In this document: in pieces, positions 61,764-64,000 of the stretch
Numbering within the stretch: the first letter of the stretch is position 1
Layout of the letters: every line of letters starts with the position of its first letter
Source of the DNA: an uncultured Thermoleophilia bacterium
GTDB taxonomy: Bacteria; Actinomycetota; Thermoleophilia; UBA2241
Direction: 5' to 3'
Assembly (NCBI GenBank): GCA_963707335.1
Contig: CAVPQD010000027.1
Location: 31,868 to 95,867 of the forward strand
DNA length: 64,000 nucleotides
Translations under genes and position numbers: made by a program
The notes under the pieces: model-generated
Databases searched by the model: none
Seen by the model: the letters and a program-made list of their open reading frames with translations, nothing else
Told to the model about the DNA's origin: nothing

Positions 61764-62888
61764 ATGCGCGGCATCCGCATAGGCCGCATCTTCGGCATCG
61801 AGATCGCCATCCACCCCAGCTGGTTCGTCATCCTGGCGTTCTTCGCGTTCACGCTCGCCACCGGCTTCTTCCCGTCGGTGTACGTGTGGCACCCGGTCGC
61901 CTACTGGATCGTCGCCGTCGTCGCGACGCTGCTGCTGTTCGCCTCCGTGCTCGCCCACGAGCTCGGCCATTCCCTGGTCGCCCTCCGCCAGGGCATCCCG
62001 GTGAGGAGCATCACGCTGTTCATCCTGGGCGGCGTGGCGAGCATCGAGCAGGACCCGTCCTCCCCCGGGCGTGAGGTCGTCCTCGCCGGCGTCGGCCCGG
62101 CAGTGAGCCTGGCCATCGGCGTCGTCACGTTCACGCTCGCCCAGGTCCTGGCCGGCCCCGAGCACCTCGTCGCCGTGCTCTTCTACCTGGGCGTGGCCAA
62201 CATCTCGCTGGTCGTCTTCAACCTGCTGCCGGGCTTCCCCCTCGACGGCGGCCGCGTGCTGCGCGCCCTGCTGTGGTGGCGTTCGCACGACTTCGTCAAG
62301 GCCACGCGCCGGGCGGCGATCGTGAGCCGCGTCTTCGGCTATGTGTTCATCGCCCTCGGCCTGTACCAGCTGCTGGCCGGCGCCGGCTTCGGCGGTATCT
62401 GGCTCGCCTTCGTCGGCTGGATGCTCATCCAGGCGTCGCGCGCCAGCGTGCAGCAGGCCCAGCTCGAACACGGGCTCGCCGGCGTCACCGCCGGGCGGCT
62501 GGCGACGGCCCCGGCGACCTGGCTGCCGCCGTTCGTCACCCTCGGTGCGGCGGCGCGCGATTACTTCGCGGAGCAGCGCGAGCGCTGCCTGCCGGTGGAG
62601 GCCGAGCGCGAAGGCGACGCCTACGACGGCGCCCTGTGTATCGCCGACCTGCAGCGCACCCCACGCCCGGAGTGGGAGTCGGCACGCGCCCGCGACGCCA
62701 TGACGAAGGCGGACGAGATCCCGACCGTGGGCCCCGACACACCGGCCTGGGACGCCGTCCGGCTCATGGCCGCCCAGGGCGCGGCGCGCGTGGCCGTGGT
62801 CGAGGCGGGACGCCTGCTCGGCTTCGTCGACCAGCAAGGCGTCTTCCGCTTCCTCCAGCGCCGGCGGGCGCTGGGCGTGGGCGCCTGA
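61764..62888 (+). CDS. site-2 (M50) zinc metalloprotease with C-terminal CBS pair
   Basis: ATG 61764 follows GGGAGG. IFGIEIAIHPSWF, HELGH (VLAHELGHSLVA), NLLPGFPLDGGRVLRA, and a C-terminal CBS-like region. Confidence 0.88.
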   Translation: MRGIRIGRIFGIEIAIHPSWFVILAFFAFTLATGFFPSVYVWHPVAYWIVAVVATLLLFASVLAHELGHSLVALRQGIPVRSITLFILGGVASIEQDPSSPGREVVLAGVGPAVSLAIGVVTFTLAQVLAGPEHLVAVLFYLGVANISLVVFNLLPGFPLDGGRVLRALLWWRSHDFVKATRRAAIVSRVFGYVFIALGLYQLLAGAGFGGIWLAFVGWMLIQASRASVQQAQLEHGLAGVTAGRLATAPATWLPPFVTLGAAARDYFAEQRERCLPVEAEREGDAYDGALCIADLQRTPRPEWESARARDAMTKADEIPTVGPDTPAWDAVRLMAAQGAARVAVVEAGRLLGFVDQQGVFRFLQRRRALGVGA

Positions 62889-62935
62889 AGCCGCGCGCCG
62901 CGCGGCCTGCCTGTCCAGCTCAGGATCCGCCCGCC

Positions 62936-64000
62936 CTACGGGAGCTTGATCGTGACGATGGCGCAGTCGTCCGGCAGCACGCCGCCGGCGTAGTCCGAGA
63001 CGACGCCGAGCAGCGTGTCGGCGAGCTCCTGCGCCGGCAGGTGGACGTGCTTCGCGATCGTCTCCCGCAGCCGCTGCTCGCCGAACGTGGCGCCGCCGGT
63101 GCGCGCGTCGGTCATGCCGTCCGTGTAGAGCACGATCGAGCTGTCGTCCGGCAGGACGGCCCGGTTGGTGGGGTACACGTCGCCGCGGAAGATGCCGACC
63201 GGCACGTTGCCCTCGCCGGGCAGGGGAACTCGCCGTGGCCGGCCAGGACGATCGGCCGCGGGTGGCCGGCCACGGCGTACTCGAACATGTGCCGGGCCAC
63301 GTCGACGTAGGCGACGACCAGCGTGACGAAGGGCTGGTTGGGCGTCTGCGTCGATCACCGCCGAGTTGAGCCGGGAGAGGGCCTCCCCCGGCGATCCCTC
63401 GGCGGCGTAGGCGCGCAGCATGTAGCGCACCACGGCCGACTGCGGCGGCGGCGCTCAGGCTCTTGCCGCACACGTCGCCGACGATGACCATGAGCCGGCC
63501 CGGACCGAGCGTCACCAGGTCGTAGAAGTCGCCGCCCACGCGGGCGACCTCGGTGGCGGCGCGGTAGTGCACGCCGACCTCGATGCCGGGGATCGCCGGC
63601 GGCTCCATGAGCAGGGCCTGCTGGAACGTCTCGGCGATGGCGTGCTCGCGCTGGTAGGCGATGGCGTTGTGCAGGCTCACGTTGAGCTGCGCGGCGAGCG
63701 TGGCCACGAGCAGCTCGTCCTCCTCGTCGAAGACGCCGTCCTTCTTGTCGGCGACGACGAGGGTGCCGCTGAGCTGCGGGCGACTCGCTCTCGAGCGGCG
63801 CCAGCAGCAGGCCGTCGCACGCGCGACGACGACGCTCCGGCGCCGCGCGTCGTCCTCGTCGCCCGGCACCTCCAGGGCCGTCCGGCAGCGCTCGAGCAGG
63901 TCGGCCTCGATGGACGCGCCGGCGGTGGCGTCGACGGCGCCGGCGACCTGCAGCGGCCTGCAGGCCAGGTACTCGCCGCCGCCGCTCACGACCGCCGCCG
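62936..64000 (-). pseudogene. PP2C-family (SpoIIE/RsbU-type) serine phosphatase with upstream GAF-like sensor region; frameshifted; 5' end beyond window
   Basis: GGDFYDLV..MVIVGDVCGK (ORF 61734..63989 frame). RYMLRAYA..ALSRLNSAV, FEYAVAGHPRPIVL (ORF 63112..63300). LYTDGMTDAR...DDCAIVTIKLP, ending at 62936. Confidence 0.75.

Overview
Very GC-rich (by eye over 70% G+C) actinobacterial-type core chromosome, almost entirely housekeeping. In order it holds: hemW-lepA, murJ, rpsT, holA-comEC-comEA, a PLDc_N/ABC-2 exporter operon, leuS, tRNA-Ala(GGC), a spermidine-synthase-like membrane protein, two STAS antagonists, secDF, and the full dcw cluster (mraZ-rsmH-ftsL-ftsI-murE-murF-mraY-murD-ftsW-murG-murC-ftsQ-ftsZ). 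Then come pyrF, an enoyl-CoA hydratase, pcrA, VIT/DUF211, and an Rrf2-headed sulfur operon (cysK, moeB/thiF-like, larE-like, cysE). The last part looks more accessory: an amidase-domain secreted protein, a racemase-like gene plus two tandem MttB-family methyltransferases, a PafBC-like WYL regulator, a LarA-like gene, an M50 protease and a PP2C phosphatase. I found no CRISPR array, transposase, intact integrase or recognisable defence system. The most conspicuous feature is technical or evolutionary: blocks of densely frameshifted genes, including essential ones (leuS, murD, murG, ftsW, murF), alternate with error-free blocks. This looks like unpolished consensus indels rather than real decay. 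I do not see a convincing, wholly new multi-gene system. The best second-look items are: a 25-codon sORF with its own promoter and SD upstream of the racemase/MttB cluster; a tRNA-Ala 3'-half duplication bracketing a ~1 kb lower-GC insert; a phased GTGGGG box array with an apparently leaderless mraZ promoter; a cysteine operon carrying an E1-like enzyme GTGA-coupled to a 3-Cys LarE-like PP-loop ATPase with no sulfur-carrier gene; and dcw gene junctions that lack usable stop codons. Product calls rest on motif recognition by eye, since no database search was possible.
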